A stretch of 64,000 nt of DNA from assembly GCA_052390575.1 (NCBI GenBank), contig JBQTGU010000002.1, forward strand, positions 108-64,107. The letters run 5' to 3'. Below are positions 47,125 through 56,714 of this stretch, one piece after another (position 1 is the stretch's first letter; the number at the start of each line of letters is the position of its first letter). Made by a program: the position numbers and the translations under genes. The notes beneath the pieces are model-generated. The model had not been told where the DNA came from, made no database searches, and saw only the letters and a list, made by a program, of their open reading frames with translations. This DNA is from Actinomycetota bacterium. GTDB taxonomy: Bacteria; Actinomycetota; Acidimicrobiia; IMCC26256; JACDBD01.

Positions 47125-47210
47125 CCACGGCCCGTACGCTGCGCGAGCTGCACGACACGGCGCTCACCGAGCTCGGGGTCGCGCCCAAACTCCGGGAGCG
47201 GCTCGCGCTC

Positions 47211-49241
47211 ATGGACATCGAGACCGCGCTCGACCTCCTCCAGCACTATCCCCGGCGCTACCGCGACCGCACCCAGCAGTCCGAGATCGCCGACCTCTCG
47301 CTGGGTGAGGAGGCGACGATCTTCGCCGAGGTGCGCCGGATCAGAGCGCGCTACACGCGCAACCGGCGCGCGATCGTCGAAGCAGTCGTTTACGACGGCA
47401 CCGACCTGCTCAACGTCGTGTTCTTCAACCAACCCTGGCGCGCCAAGCAGCTGCCCGAGGGCACCGAAGCGGCGTTCTTCGGGAAGCTGGAGCAGTACCG
47501 GGGGAAGCGCCAGATGACGAACCCGGTCGTCGACGTGCTCGATCATCTCGGCGAGAAGACGGGCGTGATCGTCCCCGTGTACCCGCAGTCGGGGAAGGCC
47601 GACGTGTCGACCTGGCAGCTGCGCCCGGTCGTCGGTGCCGCGCTCGACTGGGCGGGGGAGTTGGCCGAACCGTTGCCGGCGGCGCTGCTCGACGAGATGA
47701 AGCTGGTCGACCGCACCTGGGCCTACCGGCACGCGCACCAGCCCGAGACCCTCGAGGAGGCCCGACAGGCGAGGCGGCGCCTGCGCTTCGACGAGTTCCT
47801 GCGGATGCAGGTGGGGCTGGTGGCGCGCAAGCGCGCGTTCGAAGCCGAGCAGACCGGGATCCGCCACGACCGTGACGGGCCCCTCGTCGACGAGTTCCTG
47901 CGCCGGCTTCCGTTCGAACCCACCGGCGACCAGTGGCGGACGATCAAGGAGATCGCGTCCGACATGGCCGGCGCCTCGCCGATGCACCGCCTGCTCCAGG
48001 GCGAGGTCGGCTCGGGCAAGACCGTGGTCGCGCTGGCGGCGTTGCTGGTCGCGGTCCAGGGCGGGTACCAGGGCGCGTTCATGGCGCCCACCGAGGTGCT
48101 GGCCGAGCAGCACTTCCTCAGCTCCCGTGTGCTGCTCGACGGCCTCACCGTGCACGCGGAGGGGACGCTCACCGGTGATCGTCCGGTCACGGTCGCGCTG
48201 CTCACGAACCGGACCGGCGCGGCCGAGCGCCGGAAGCTCGCCGACGGCCTGGCGGCGTCGGAGATCGACATCGTCGTCGGCACCCACGCGTTGATCTACG
48301 GCGAGGTCGAGTTCGCCCGTCTCGGCGTGGCCGTCATCGACGAGCAGCACCGCTTCGGTGTCGAGCAACGGGCGCTGCTGCGGGGCATGGGCGACGAGGC
48401 CGACGTCCTGGTCATGACGGCGACGCCCATTCCCCGGACCGCCGGCTTCCTCATCTACGGCGACCTCGACAAGTCCGAGCTCCGCCAGATGCCGCCGGGG
48501 CGCACCCCGGTGACGACCGAGGTCGTCGGGCCCGGCCCGCTCGAGCGCGCCGACGCGTACGAACGCCTCCGCACCGAAGTCGCCGCCGGCCGCCAGGCGT
48601 ACGTGGTGTGCCCGCTGGTCGAGGGCTCGCCGAAGATCGAGGCCAAGGCCGCGACCGAGGAGCTCGAGCGGCTGGGCGCCGAGGAGCTCGCCGGTCTGCG
48701 CCTGGGGCTGCTCCACGGCCAGATGAAGGCGTCGGAGAAGGAGCGGGTGATGGGGGAGTTCCGGGCGGGGGAGCTCGACGTGCTCGTCGCGACCACGGTC
48801 GTCGAGGTCGGGGTCGACGTCGCCAACGCCACCGTGATGGTCGTCGAGGACGCCGACCGCTTCGGGCTGTCGCAGCTCCACCAGCTCCGCGGACGGGTCG
48901 GCCGCGGCGCGCACGCGTCGTGGTGCTTCCTCTTCACCGACCCCACCACCCCAGAATCGCGGGCGCGCATGGACGCGATGGTGGAGTCGACCGACGGCTT
49001 CGTCCTCGCCGAGCGTGATCTCGAGATCCGCGGCGCGGGGGAGGTGTTCGGGGAGCGCCAGGCCGGTTTCAGCGACCTCAAACTCGGCCGGATCCCGCGC
49101 GACGAGCGCTACGTCATCGCCGCCCGCGATGTCGCCGAGCGCATCCTCGACGAGGACCCCACCCTTACCCGTCACGAGGAGCTGCGGGAAGAGGTGGAGG
49201 ACCTCCTCGGCGAAGCGGTGGACTTCCTGTTCAAGAGCTGA
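47211..49241 (+). CDS. recG: ATP-dependent DNA helicase RecG (start possibly upstream, see findings)
   Basis: LLQHYPRRYRDRT wedge-domain entry, helicase motifs GEVGSGKTVVA, DEQHRFGV and TATPIPRT, and C-terminal RGAGEVFGERQAG. Confidence 0.85.
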   Translation: MDIETALDLLQHYPRRYRDRTQQSEIADLSLGEEATIFAEVRRIRARYTRNRRAIVEAVVYDGTDLLNVVFFNQPWRAKQLPEGTEAAFFGKLEQYRGKRQMTNPVVDVLDHLGEKTGVIVPVYPQSGKADVSTWQLRPVVGAALDWAGELAEPLPAALLDEMKLVDRTWAYRHAHQPETLEEARQARRRLRFDEFLRMQVGLVARKRAFEAEQTGIRHDRDGPLVDEFLRRLPFEPTGDQWRTIKEIASDMAGASPMHRLLQGEVGSGKTVVALAALLVAVQGGYQGAFMAPTEVLAEQHFLSSRVLLDGLTVHAEGTLTGDRPVTVALLTNRTGAAERRKLADGLAASEIDIVVGTHALIYGEVEFARLGVAVIDEQHRFGVEQRALLRGMGDEADVLVMTATPIPRTAGFLIYGDLDKSELRQMPPGRTPVTTEVVGPGPLERADAYERLRTEVAAGRQAYVVCPLVEGSPKIEAKAATEELERLGAEELAGLRLGLLHGQMKASEKERVMGEFRAGELDVLVATTVVEVGVDVANATVMVVEDADRFGLSQLHQLRGRVGRGAHASWCFLFTDPTTPESRARMDAMVESTDGFVLAERDLEIRGAGEVFGERQAGFSDLKLGRIPRDERYVIAARDVAERILDEDPTLTRHEELREEVEDLLGEAVDFLFKS

Positions 49242-49281
49242 CGGCGAACCGCCGACGGTGATGGCTACGACAGGATCGGTG

Positions 49282-50265
49282 ATGAACCCGTCGCGACACC
49301 TCCTTGTGCTCCTGATCGGTGTCGGATTCGCGCTCGGCGCCTGCGCCACGCAGTCCGGCGGCGACCGGCGCGACGCGAACGAAGCCGGACCGGAGCCGTC
49401 GCCATCGACGGTCGCAGCCGATCCCAGCGTCTTCGACTACGACGCCGGCGCTCCGCTCGATGCCACGTCGGTTCCTGCTGAGGGCACTGACTACGCCGCG
49501 CTCGAGGAGATCACGTACACGACCTTCGACGGCGCGACCGTCCCAGCCTCGCTCGCGCTGCCCACGGCGGGAGACGGCCCGTTCCCGTGCATCGTCACCG
49601 AGGGGGGCTTCGGCAGCGACCGCCACGCGGTCGGCTTCGAGGACGCAGTGTCTCGAGGGTACGGGGTGTTTTCCATCGACCAGCGCAACGCGGGTGACCG
49701 AGGCAGCGAGGCCGATCTCGAGGCCGCGGGCATGGACCCGGATCTTCTCTTCGACATGCTGCGCGGGACCGTCATCGACCTGCGCCGAGGCCTCGACTAC
49801 CTCGAAAAGCGCGACGAGTGCGACTCGGGCCGGATCGGCTACCTCGGCTTCAGCTTCGGCGGCTTCATCGGGTCGCTGCTCGCCGGCGCGGACGAGCGGG
49901 TGCAAGCGCCGGTGCTGGTAGTCAGCGGCGCCGACTGGCAGCTCTTCATCGAGGAGTCGGACGCCCTCCTCACCGGTATCGAGTACGACCCCCCCGCCGC
50001 CGCGCACGCAGTGGAGGTCCTCGACCCGATCGACCCCAAGCGCTGGGTGGGCCGCATCAGTCCCCGGCCGGTCCTGATGATCTCGGGGAACGCCGACGAG
50101 GCGATCCCCCCGGTCGTCGCCAAGGCGCTGCACGACGCCGCCAACGAACCCAAGACGGTCCTCGAGTACGACGGCGGGCACGCCCTCGAAGATCCCGACG
50201 CCCAGGTGAAGGTGTTCACCGCCGTCAACGACTGGTTCGACGAACACCTCGGTTCGCGTTCCTGA
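49282..50265 (+). CDS. alpha/beta hydrolase lipoprotein (dienelactone hydrolase/S9-like)
   Basis: MNPSRHLLVLLIGVGFALGAC lipobox, then nucleophile elbow GFSFGG. ATG 49282 lies after AGGA; ATG 49261 is also possible. Confidence 0.7.
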   Translation: MNPSRHLLVLLIGVGFALGACATQSGGDRRDANEAGPEPSPSTVAADPSVFDYDAGAPLDATSVPAEGTDYAALEEITYTTFDGATVPASLALPTAGDGPFPCIVTEGGFGSDRHAVGFEDAVSRGYGVFSIDQRNAGDRGSEADLEAAGMDPDLLFDMLRGTVIDLRRGLDYLEKRDECDSGRIGYLGFSFGGFIGSLLAGADERVQAPVLVVSGADWQLFIEESDALLTGIEYDPPAAAHAVEVLDPIDPKRWVGRISPRPVLMISGNADEAIPPVVAKALHDAANEPKTVLEYDGGHALEDPDAQVKVFTAVNDWFDEHLGSRS

Positions 50266-50294
50266 CTCGAGCGACGTCCGCGTAGGCTCCGCCG

Positions 50295-51323
50295 ATGGTC
50301 CGGGCTCGGGGGACTGCGGCCATCCTCCTCATCGCGGCGATCTTCGCCGGGTGCTCGCAGAGTCAGGGCGAGCAAAGAAGCCGTCCGTACCGGGCGCGGG
50401 CCGTATACGCAGCCGCGACGGTCGTGCCGCGCACGGTCTACGCCGGGTCCCCGTCGCTCCCGCCGTTGGCCACCGATCGCGACTTGTTCGCCTACGACGC
50501 CGCTGCCCCGCTCAACCCGACCGAGAAGCCGCTCGAGACCACCCGGACGTACACGACGACCGCGGTCACCTACCAGACGTATGACGGGACCGTGCCGGGA
50601 CTCTTCTACGCGCCGACGACCCCGGGGCCGTTCCCGTGTGTGATCTCCGTCCACGGCGTGACGTCGAACAAGGGGTCGTCGATCGGCCTGCGCGACCTCG
50701 TCGTCCCCGCGGGGTATGCCATGTTCACGATCGACGCCCGCTTCCACGGCGACCGGGGGACGCCGGAGCAGTTCTTCGACCTCAAGAACTACCCCGGTCG
50801 CGTCCGTGAGCTGTTCCAGGGCACCGTGGTCGACCTGCGGCGGGCGGTCGACTATCTGGAGCAGCGACCCGACTGCCGCCCGGGCAAGACCGGTGTCATC
50901 GGCACCAGCATGGGCGGCTTCATCGCCGCCACGTTGGCGGGCGCCGACCCGAGGGTGCAGGCGCCGGTCTTGCTGTTCAGCGGAGCGGACTGGCGACTCT
51001 GGTTCACCACCGCGAACCCCGGCGTGGCCGGCATCTTCTACCAGTTCGGCAACCCCGTGTCCCTCGACGCGGTCGTTGCCGCGCTCGACCCACTCGACCC
51101 GAAGCATTGGGTCGGAGAGATCGCGCCCCGGCCGGTGCTGATGGTCCACGGCGACTTCGACGACGCGGTGCCGCCCGGGACCGCGCACGTCCTCTACGAC
51201 GCCGCCCTCGATCCCAAGACGATCCTGTGGTACCCCGGCGGCCACGGACCGAACGCGGCGGAGTCGGGCCGCGTCGGCTACACGGTCGTGGGGTTCCTCG
51301 ACCAGTACCTGAAGACGCCGTGA
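50295..51323 (+). CDS. alpha/beta hydrolase lipoprotein (paralog)
   Basis: MVRARGTAAILLIAAIFAGC lipobox and GTSMGG elbow. Collinear similarity with 49282-50265 (VIDLRRGLDYLE / VVDLRRAVDYLE; DPKRWVG / DPKHWVG). Confidence 0.7.
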   Translation: MVRARGTAAILLIAAIFAGCSQSQGEQRSRPYRARAVYAAATVVPRTVYAGSPSLPPLATDRDLFAYDAAAPLNPTEKPLETTRTYTTTAVTYQTYDGTVPGLFYAPTTPGPFPCVISVHGVTSNKGSSIGLRDLVVPAGYAMFTIDARFHGDRGTPEQFFDLKNYPGRVRELFQGTVVDLRRAVDYLEQRPDCRPGKTGVIGTSMGGFIAATLAGADPRVQAPVLLFSGADWRLWFTTANPGVAGIFYQFGNPVSLDAVVAALDPLDPKHWVGEIAPRPVLMVHGDFDDAVPPGTAHVLYDAALDPKTILWYPGGHGPNAAESGRVGYTVVGFLDQYLKTP

Positions 51324-51326
51324 CCG

Positions 51327-51914
51327 GTGGCTCGACCGCGCCTCCGGGTCATCGCGGGGACAGCCGGCGGACGGCGCCTGACCGCGCCCGCGGGCACGAC
51401 CGCCCGTCCCACTACCGACCGGGTCAAGGAGTCGCTCTTCGGCGCTCTCGGTGACCATCGCCTCCGCGACGCCTCCGTGCTCGACCTCTACGCCGGGAGC
51501 GGCGCGCTGGCGATCGAGGCATTGTCACGGGGGGCGGCCGGCGCGTTGCTCGTCGAGCAGGACGCCGATGCGGTGGCTGCGATCGAACGGAACCTCGAGG
51601 CGACCGGGTTTGCCGACCGGGCCCGGGTGCGTCGCGGCGACGTCGGGCGCCTCCTCGCCGGCGCCCCTCCCCCGGAGGCCCCGTTCGCCCTCCTCTTCCT
51701 CGACCCTCCCTACGACACGCCCGCGGTGGAGGTCGCCGCCGTGCTCGGGCAGGTCGCGGCCCCCGGCTGGCTGGTCCCCGGCGCGACCGTGGTGGTGGAG
51801 CGGGGGGCCTTCGGCGACCCGCCGACGCTCCCGGCGGCGTGGGCAATCGCGTGGGAGCGCGCCTACGGGGATACGCTCGTGAGCGTCGCGACCGCCGGCG
51901 AGCCGACCGCCTAG
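51327..51914 (+). CDS. rsmD: 16S rRNA (guanine(966)-N(2))-methyltransferase
   Basis: RVIAGTAGGRRL..P.G...RPTTDRVKESLF, LDLYAGSGALAIEALSRGA and FLDPPY motifs. Confidence 0.85.
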   Translation: MARPRLRVIAGTAGGRRLTAPAGTTARPTTDRVKESLFGALGDHRLRDASVLDLYAGSGALAIEALSRGAAGALLVEQDADAVAAIERNLEATGFADRARVRRGDVGRLLAGAPPPEAPFALLFLDPPYDTPAVEVAAVLGQVAAPGWLVPGATVVVERGAFGDPPTLPAAWAIAWERAYGDTLVSVATAGEPTA

Positions 51915-51934
51915 GAAGAAGAGGAGACAGACGC

Positions 51935-52420
51935 GTGGCCACCGCGCTCTGCCCGGGCTCCTTCGATCCCGTCACCCACGGTCACCTCGACATCATCGAG
52001 CGGACGTCCCGCCATTTCGAGCACGTGATCGTGGCCGTGATCCGCAACCCCCAGAAGTCGGAGTCGCTTTTCTCCCTGGAGGAGCGCCAGGAGATGCTGC
52101 GGGAGGTCACCGCCCACCTCCACAACATCGAGATCGGGTTCTTCAAGGGGCTGCTGGTCGACTTCGCCAAGGAGCACGGTGCCGAGGCGATCGTGAAGGG
52201 CCTGCGGGCGGTCTCCGACTTCGACTACGAGCTCCAGATGGCCCAGATGAACCAACGGCTCTCCGGCATCGACACCTTCTTCATCTCGACCAGCCCCCAA
52301 CACTCCTTCCTCTCTTCCAGCCTCGTTCGCGAGGTGGCGCGCTTCGGCGGCGACGTGTCGAGCATGGTCCCGCCGCTCGTGGCCAAGCGGCTGGCGGAGC
52401 GGTTCGTCGGCGATGCGTGA
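51935..52420 (+). CDS. coaD: phosphopantetheine adenylyltransferase
   Basis: 161 aa from GTG 51935 (GAGGAG 8 nt upstream): ALCPGSFDPVTHGHLDIIERT... Confidence 0.9.
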   Translation: MATALCPGSFDPVTHGHLDIIERTSRHFEHVIVAVIRNPQKSESLFSLEERQEMLREVTAHLHNIEIGFFKGLLVDFAKEHGAEAIVKGLRAVSDFDYELQMAQMNQRLSGIDTFFISTSPQHSFLSSSLVREVARFGGDVSSMVPPLVAKRLAERFVGDA

Positions 52421-52973
52421 CTCGGCGTCGATGAGCGACCAGGCGGCCTACGACGTCGAGACGCTCCTGCTCCGGCTCAAGGAGCTGGTGGAGACGGGCC
52501 GGTCGATGCCGATGTCGGCGTCGGTCATGGTCAACCGGGAGGAGGTGCTGGAGCTGCTCGAGGAGGCGATGGCGACCATGCCCCAGGAGCTCCGGCACGC
52601 CCGCTGGCTGCTCAAGGAGCGGGACGAGTTCCTCGCCCAGGCCCGACGCGAGGCCGACGACATCATCGAGGCCGGGCGGGTGCGGGCCGAGCGGATGGTC
52701 GAGCGCACCGAGGTCGTGCGGGAAGCCCGCCGGGTGGCCCAGACCGTCATGGACGACGCCGAAGCCGCCGCCCGCCAGCTCCGCCACGAGGCGGAGGACT
52801 ACGTCGACCAGAAGCTGGCCTCGTTCGAGGTCGTGCTCGAGCGGACCATGCAGGCGGTCGAGAAGGGCCGCGAGCGACTCCAGGTGGTCGTGAACTCCGA
52901 GCCGGCCGACGGCGAGGAGGGCGAGGAGTTCGAGGAGTTCGATCCCGCGTTCTTCGACCAGGACGACGGGTAA
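52413..52973 (+). CDS. hypothetical coiled-coil protein with acidic C-terminus
   Basis: 186 aa, Glu/Arg/Ala-rich helical sequence ending EEGEEFEEFDPAFFDQDDG. Coding-like, function not recognised. Start 52413 or 52431. Confidence 0.6.
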   Translation: MRDSASMSDQAAYDVETLLLRLKELVETGRSMPMSASVMVNREEVLELLEEAMATMPQELRHARWLLKERDEFLAQARREADDIIEAGRVRAERMVERTEVVREARRVAQTVMDDAEAAARQLRHEAEDYVDQKLASFEVVLERTMQAVEKGRERLQVVVNSEPADGEEGEEFEEFDPAFFDQDDG

Positions 52974-53106
52974 CCCGGCCCACCCGGCCTGCTGGTAAAT
53001 CCTGGGAAAACAGGCCGGCCTGCTATCCTGGCCGATTCCAGCGCCCTGACCACCCGACAATGGCCCGATCGGGGATGGACGGGCGCCGCGCCCTCGAGGG
53101 CCTGAC

Positions 53107-53604
53107 ATGACCGCACTGCGCATCGACGTCGCCGATCTCCTCGCCCAGCGGACCAGCCGCCGCGAGGTCGCGCTCTCGGCGCCGGTCGAGGGGCTCGCGG
53201 GCACGGCCGCCCGGGTCGCCGACGATGAGCCGGTCGCATTGGAGCTCGTGCTCGAGCGAATCTCCGACGGGATCGTCGTCCGGGGAACGTTGACGACGCG
53301 GTGGCGCTCCGAGTGCAGTGTCTGCCTCACCGATCTCGAGCAGCCGCTCTCGCTGGGCGTGAACGAGCTGTTCGAGCCGGAGCCGCTCGAGGGCGACACC
53401 TACCCGATCGAGGACCACGAGATCGACCTCGAGCAGCTCGTGCGCGACAACGTCATCCTCGAGCTCCCGCTCGCGCCCGTCTGCGCCGACACCGGCGCGC
53501 CCGCCTGTGTCGACGAATCCAAGTCCGCGGCCGACCCTGCCCCGACCTCAGACCTGGCCGACCCCCGCTGGGCCCCCCTGTCCCAACTCGACCTCTCGAA
53601 GTAG
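53107..53604 (+). CDS. YceD/DUF177 family protein
   Basis: 165 aa with CSVCL...ID.EQLVRDNVILELPLAPVC pattern, immediately upstream of rpmF as is usual for this family. Confidence 0.8.
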   Translation: MTALRIDVADLLAQRTSRREVALSAPVEGLAGTAARVADDEPVALELVLERISDGIVVRGTLTTRWRSECSVCLTDLEQPLSLGVNELFEPEPLEGDTYPIEDHEIDLEQLVRDNVILELPLAPVCADTGAPACVDESKSAADPAPTSDLADPRWAPLSQLDLSK

Positions 53605-53613
53605 GAGCCTCCA

Positions 53614-53793
53614 TTGGCCGTTCCCAAGCGCAAGACCCCGCGAGCGAAGACCCGCAGCCGGCGGGCCTCCAACTGGCGGCTCGACGCGCCGCCCCGCTCG
53701 ATCTGCACCAACTGCGGCGCGGCCAAGCTCCCGCACGTCGTGTGCCCCACCTGCGGTTGGTACCGCGGCCGTCAGGTCGTCGAGGTTGAGTAG
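53614..53793 (+). CDS. rpmF: 50S ribosomal protein L32
   Basis: Not in the ORF track (59 aa). TTG 53614 lies 6 nt after AGGAG. Translation (M)AVPKRKTPRAKTRSRRASNWRL...CTNCGAAKLPHVVCPTCGWYRGRQV, stop TAG 53791-53793. Confidence 0.85.
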   Translation: MAVPKRKTPRAKTRSRRASNWRLDAPPRSICTNCGAAKLPHVVCPTCGWYRGRQVVEVE

Positions 53794-54790
53794 CACCGAC
53801 CGCGTCACCGTCGCGGTCGACGCCATGGGCGGCGACCGGGCCCCGGGCGAGATCGTGGCCGGCGCGCTCCGAGCGGCGGAGGAGCTCGACGTTGCCGTCC
53901 TGCTGATCGGCCGGGAAGAGGAGGTCACGCCGCTCCTGCCCGCCGGCACCGCTCCTCCGGGAGTGGAGCTCGTCGACGCCCGCGAGGTCGTCGCCATGGA
54001 CGAGGACCCCGCCGCGGCGGCGCGCACCAAGAAGGACTCGTCGCTCGTCCGGGCGGCGCAGGCGGTGCGCGAGGGGAAGGCGCAGGCGATGGTGGGCGCC
54101 GGCAACACCGGCGCCACCATGGCGGCCGCCCTGCTCAAGATGGGCCGGATCAAGGGCATCGCCCGGCCCGCCATCGCGGTGCCGATCCCGGTGCCGGGCT
54201 CGCGGCCCCAGATCCTCATCGACGGCGGCTCGACCGTCGACTGCGCTCCGGAATGGCTGGTGCAGTTCGCGCGGATGGGCCGGGAGTACGCCCGCACCCG
54301 ACTGGGCGTCGACGAGCCCGTGGTGGGCCTGCTCTCCAACGGCGAGGAGCCGGGCAAGGGCGACGAGCTCCGCAAGACCGCGTACCCGCTGCTGGAGAAG
54401 GTGGACGGGTTCACCGGGAACGTCGAGGGGCGCGACCTCATGCACGCGGGCGTCGACGTCATCGTCGCCGACGGCTTCACCGGCAACGTCGCCCTCAAGT
54501 CGCTCGAGGGGGCGCTGCGGGCGGCAATGACGCTCGTCTTGGGCGTCCTCGATTCGACGCCGGAGGCGAAGGAGGCGGGCAAGGTGCTCGCGCCGCTCCT
54601 GCTGGCGGCGGCGGATGATCTCGACCCCGACACCACCGGCGGCGCCGCCCTGCTCGGGGTGAACGGCGTGTGCGTGATCTCGCACGGGTCGTCGTCGGCA
54701 CGCGCCATGGTGAACGCGATCCGCCTGGCGGCCGAGTGTGTCGACACCGGCGTCGTCGGGCGGCTCAAGGAGGCCATCGATGCCGGCTGA
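53786..54790 (+). CDS. plsX: phosphate acyltransferase PlsX
   Basis: VTVAVDAMGGDRAPGEIV N-terminus and GFTGNVALK motif. TTG 53786 chosen (overlaps the rpmF end); start uncertain. Confidence 0.85.
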   Translation: MSSTDRVTVAVDAMGGDRAPGEIVAGALRAAEELDVAVLLIGREEEVTPLLPAGTAPPGVELVDAREVVAMDEDPAAAARTKKDSSLVRAAQAVREGKAQAMVGAGNTGATMAAALLKMGRIKGIARPAIAVPIPVPGSRPQILIDGGSTVDCAPEWLVQFARMGREYARTRLGVDEPVVGLLSNGEEPGKGDELRKTAYPLLEKVDGFTGNVEGRDLMHAGVDVIVADGFTGNVALKSLEGALRAAMTLVLGVLDSTPEAKEAGKVLAPLLLAAADDLDPDTTGGAALLGVNGVCVISHGSSSARAMVNAIRLAAECVDTGVVGRLKEAIDAG

Positions 54791-55082
54791 GACCCACGTC
54801 GAACGCTCGCCCCTCGGTCCCGACGAGGTGCTGGCGATCATCCGCGAGCGGCTGGCGGAGATCCTCGAGATCGACGAGGACCGGGTGACCCTCGACGCCA
54901 AGTTCTCCGAAGACCTCGACGCCGACTCGCTCGCGCTGATCGAGCTGGTCGAGGCGCTCGAAGAGGAGCTGGGGGAGCGGACGGTCGGCTTCACCATCGA
55001 CGACGACGACCTGGCCGAGCTCAAGACGGTGCGCGACGCGGTCGACTACGTGGTCGCGCGCCTCGCGAGCGCGAGCGGCTGA
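54780..55082 (+). CDS. acpP: acyl carrier protein
   Basis: 100 aa from ATG 54780 (AAGGAGG 5 nt upstream, 11-nt overlap with plsX). Phosphopantetheine site DLDADSLALIELV. Confidence 0.85.
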   Translation: MPAETHVERSPLGPDEVLAIIRERLAEILEIDEDRVTLDAKFSEDLDADSLALIELVEALEEELGERTVGFTIDDDDLAELKTVRDAVDYVVARLASASG

Positions 55083-55087
55083 CCACG

Positions 55088-55885
55088 ATGGCAAAGGTCT
55101 TTCGGGGTCGGAAGCGCATGGCGGTCGCCGACCGGCCGTATCGCAGCTTCGAGGACGCGCTGGGCTGGTCGTTCCATGATCCCGAGCTGCTCGAGCGGGC
55201 GCTCACCCACCGGTCGTACTGCGCCGAGCACGCCGGGACCCTCTCAAACGAGCGGCTCGAGTTTCTGGGCGACGCCGTGCTCGGCCTGCTGGTGACCGAC
55301 TTCATCTTCCGCGAGCTGGAGCCGTTCGCCGAAGGCGATCTCTCCAAGGTGCGGGCGTCGGTGGTCAACGCCGAGGCGCTGGCCGAGGTGGCGGCCGAGA
55401 TCGGCCTCGGCGATGCGCTCCGCCTGGGGCGGGGCGAGGACGACGCCGTGGGGCGATCGAAGCCGTCGATCCTCGGGGACGCGATGGAGGCGGTGATCGG
55501 CGCGGTGTACCTGGACGGCGGCGGCGCGGCCGCCGCCGACGTCGTGCTCCGGCTGCTCGAGCCCCGCATCGTCGAGAGCGCGGCCGGACCCGGCGGCCAC
55601 GATCCGAAGGGTCGCCTGAACGAGCTCCTGGCCCGGGAGTCGAGCAAGCCGCCGCGCTACCAGGTGCGGCGGGAGGGCCCCCCGCACGCGCCCAACTTCT
55701 TCGCCACCGTGCTCGTGGGCGGCGAGGCCGCCGGCGTTGGCGAGGGGCGGACCAAGCGGCAGGCCGAGCAGGTCGCGGCTCAGTCGGCCCTGCGCCGACT
55801 CCTCGCGGTTGGAAAGCAGGACGAGGACGACAACGCGGGGGTCGACACGCCCCCACCGGAGGGACGCGATGCCGGAGCTGCCTGA
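55088..55885 (+). CDS. rnc: ribonuclease III
   Basis: NERLEFLGDAVLGLLV signature plus C-terminal dsRBD (GRTKRQAEQVAAQSAL). Confidence 0.9.
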   Translation: MAKVFRGRKRMAVADRPYRSFEDALGWSFHDPELLERALTHRSYCAEHAGTLSNERLEFLGDAVLGLLVTDFIFRELEPFAEGDLSKVRASVVNAEALAEVAAEIGLGDALRLGRGEDDAVGRSKPSILGDAMEAVIGAVYLDGGGAAAADVVLRLLEPRIVESAAGPGGHDPKGRLNELLARESSKPPRYQVRREGPPHAPNFFATVLVGGEAAGVGEGRTKRQAEQVAAQSALRRLLAVGKQDEDDNAGVDTPPPEGRDAGAA

Positions 55886-56708
55886 GGTCGAGGTCGTGCG
55901 GCGCGACCTCGAACGGGAGATCGTCGGGAAGAAGGTCAAGTCGGTCGAGGCCGACGGGATGCGCTCGATCCGTCGCCACCACAACCGCAAGCAGTTCGCC
56001 AACCGCCTGATCGGCCACAAGATCACCGGCGTCGAACGGCGGGGCAAGTACATCCTGTGCCGGCTCGACGGCGGCGAGGTGCTCGTGATCCACCTCGGCA
56101 TGTCGGGACAGCTGCTGCGGGCCAAGGGCGGGCGGGTACCCACGACGAAGCACACCCACGTCGTCATCACGTTCACCCAGGGTGGGCAGCTCCGCTTCGT
56201 CGACCCCCGCACCTTCGGGGAGATGTTCGTCACCGAGCTCGATACGGTGGAGAAGGACGTCAGCGAGCTCGCCCACCTCGGGCTCGACCCGCTCGAGACC
56301 GCGATGTCGTGGGAGCACTTCGGCCGGATGGTCGCCGACAAGCACATGAAGCTCAAGGCGCTGCTGATGGACCAGAAGTTCCTCGCCGGCATCGGCAACA
56401 TCTACAGCGACGAGATCCTCTTCGGCGCCGGCCTGCGCTGGGACCGCATGAGCGACTCGCTCTCGGCCCAGGAGGTCCGGCGCCTGTACCGGGCGATGGT
56501 CGAGACGCTCCAGGACGCGGTGAAGTACCGGGGCTCGTCGCTCTCCGACATGCAGTACGTCGACTTGTACGGCAAGCCGGGCGAGTTCCAGCTGCACCAC
56601 AAGGTCTACGCCCGGGAGGGCGAGGCCTGCCGCCGGTGCCGGCGGCGGCTGGTCCGCGAGCGCTACGGCGGCCGCTCCACCTTCTACTGCGAGGCCTGCC
56701 AGGTCTGA
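55869..56708 (+). CDS. mutM: formamidopyrimidine-DNA glycosylase
   Basis: MPELPEVEVVRR N-terminus, H2TH region and C-terminal zinc finger CRRCRRRLVRERYGGRSTFYCEACQ. Confidence 0.9.
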   Translation: MPELPEVEVVRRDLEREIVGKKVKSVEADGMRSIRRHHNRKQFANRLIGHKITGVERRGKYILCRLDGGEVLVIHLGMSGQLLRAKGGRVPTTKHTHVVITFTQGGQLRFVDPRTFGEMFVTELDTVEKDVSELAHLGLDPLETAMSWEHFGRMVADKHMKLKALLMDQKFLAGIGNIYSDEILFGAGLRWDRMSDSLSAQEVRRLYRAMVETLQDAVKYRGSSLSDMQYVDLYGKPGEFQLHHKVYAREGEACRRCRRRLVRERYGGRSTFYCEACQV

Positions 56709-56714
56709 AGCGGG

